NCBI GenBank assembly: GCA_052168235.1 | Contig: JBQLZK010000003.1 | Span: 32,001-96,000, forward strand | Length of the DNA stretch: 64,000 nucleotides | Direction of reading: 5' to 3' | Source of the DNA: Thainema sp. | GTDB taxonomy: Bacteria; Cyanobacteriota; Cyanobacteriia; Phormidesmidales; Phormidesmidaceae | In this document: one piece after another, positions 62,961-64,000 of the stretch | How positions within the stretch are numbered: the first letter of the stretch is position 1 | Layout: the number at the start of each line of letters is the position of its first letter | The notes under the pieces: generated by a model | What the model was told of the DNA's origin: nothing | The model's input: only the letters and a program-made list of their open reading frames with translations | Databases searched by the model: none | Made by a program: the position numbers and the translations under genes

Positions 62961-63146
62961 CGCTTCGTTGTCTTGAGTGCTCTATTCGGCTTGTTCTTGG
63001 GGTTTCCTCCAAAGCAAACTGAATAGAGCACAAGTTCTGCATCGGCTGTAGCGACGTCGCTCAAATGGTGTCAAGTCCCAAAAGATGTTAATCTCCAAAA
63101 AACAAACTTAAGAAAAAGTAAAGTTTGCTGAATTCCCCTTAATTCT

Positions 63147-64000
63147 GTGATACCAACTTCCACCTCAATCTCTACTTCCACCTCCCTACTGCCTCCATCT
63201 GAAGATATTGAAGCAGTCCGCGACTACATTAAGCGCACCTGGAAAACCTTGACCCGCTCAACTGAACATATCCTGGCTGCGGCTAAAGATTCAAAAGTGG
63301 ATCATGAGCGAAACACTCGCTGGCCCGTCTATATTTCCATCAAAGAAGATATTGAGCGCGTGCGCAACCACCTCAAACAGGTATTGCCGCCCAGCGAATT
63401 CAGCCGCATTGATCTGCGGGTACTACCAGCCGAAATCGACCAAATTGAAGAACACGGTCTGCTCTATCTGCCCCATGATTACGTGGTGCCCGGAGGTCGC
63501 TTCAACGAAATGTACGGCTGGGACAGCTACTTTATTCAGCTTGGCTTACTGCGCGATGGCGAGGTCGATCTGGCCCAAAGCCTCGTCGATCAGATGATTT
63601 ACGAGGTGGAGCATTATGGCACGGTGCTGAACGCGAATCGCACCTACATGCTGACGCGATCGCAACCGCCTGTGCTCACGCTGATGATCCTGGCTCAGTA
63701 TCAGTACAACGTTGATCGGGAGTGGTTGCTGTCTACGCTACCTGCGGTTGAGAGTTACTACTATTTCTGGACGGTGCCGCCCCATCTCAATCAGTCCACC
63801 GGACTATCCCACTACTACGATCTCGGCGAAGGCCCTGCCCCAGAAGTAGTCGTATCGGAACGGGATGAGTATGGTCGCACTCACTACGATCGCATCTGCG
63901 ACTACTACCAAAATCACGTGGTCGAAGATTACGACGTCAACCTGTATTACGACCGTGATCGCAACCAGCTAACCAATCTCTTCTTCAAAGGCGACCGAGC
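63147..64000 (+). CDS. treH: Trehalase (GH37), 5' part; runs off window end
   Basis: Not in ORF track. YIKRTWKTLTRS, YVVPGGRFNEMYGWDSYF, NANRTYMLTRSQPP; follows treZ-treY. GTG start approximate. Confidence 0.93.
   Translation, partial: MIPTSTSISTSTSLLPPSEDIEAVRDYIKRTWKTLTRSTEHILAAAKDSKVDHERNTRWPVYISIKEDIERVRNHLKQVLPPSEFSRIDLRVLPAEIDQIEEHGLLYLPHDYVVPGGRFNEMYGWDSYFIQLGLLRDGEVDLAQSLVDQMIYEVEHYGTVLNANRTYMLTRSQPPVLTLMILAQYQYNVDREWLLSTLPAVESYYYFWTVPPHLNQSTGLSHYYDLGEGPAPEVVVSERDEYGRTHYDRICDYYQNHVVEDYDVNLYYDRDRNQLTNLFFKGDR

Noticed and set aside
63304..63597. 97-aa ORF in the track
   Set aside because: Alternative frame inside the trehalase gene.

Overview
Cyanobacterial chromosomal DNA. HIP1 (GCGATCGC) is abundant, often extended to TGCGATCGCA, and short tandem repeats and GTAG-type REP elements suggest a filamentous strain. 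Most genes are housekeeping or stress genes: cinA (partial), a WecA/MraY-family transferase, glyA, a carotenoid oxygenase, a folate/biopterin transporter, a split TMEM165 pair, a Cu P1B ATPase, groEL2 with CIRCE, queG, an OCP C-terminal-domain homolog, pyrR, a GH24 lysozyme, mfd, tag, menA-menC-menE, nif3-gcvT, cobK, sir, crr7 and treZ-treY-treH (partial). An accessory stretch (~34.2-39.3 kb) holds a GAF-GGDEF gene, a NACHT NTPase frameshifted at a C6 run in a hexamer-repeat region, a small acidic ORF, and two tandem XRE HTH genes with a palindromic operator facing a small basic ORF. Most notable unannotated signals: (i) two identical 124-bp MITEs, each inserted at the same 9-bp target inside another MITE (one nest is three layers deep); (ii) a candidate ~155-nt sRNA with two Yfr1-like motifs; (iii) about ten long, near-perfect intergenic hairpins with unique arms and mostly 3-nt loops; (iv) a ribbon-helix-helix-like tail on sulfite reductase. 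I saw no rRNA, tRNA, CRISPR array, transposase or integrase. Product calls rest on motif recognition, not database searches.
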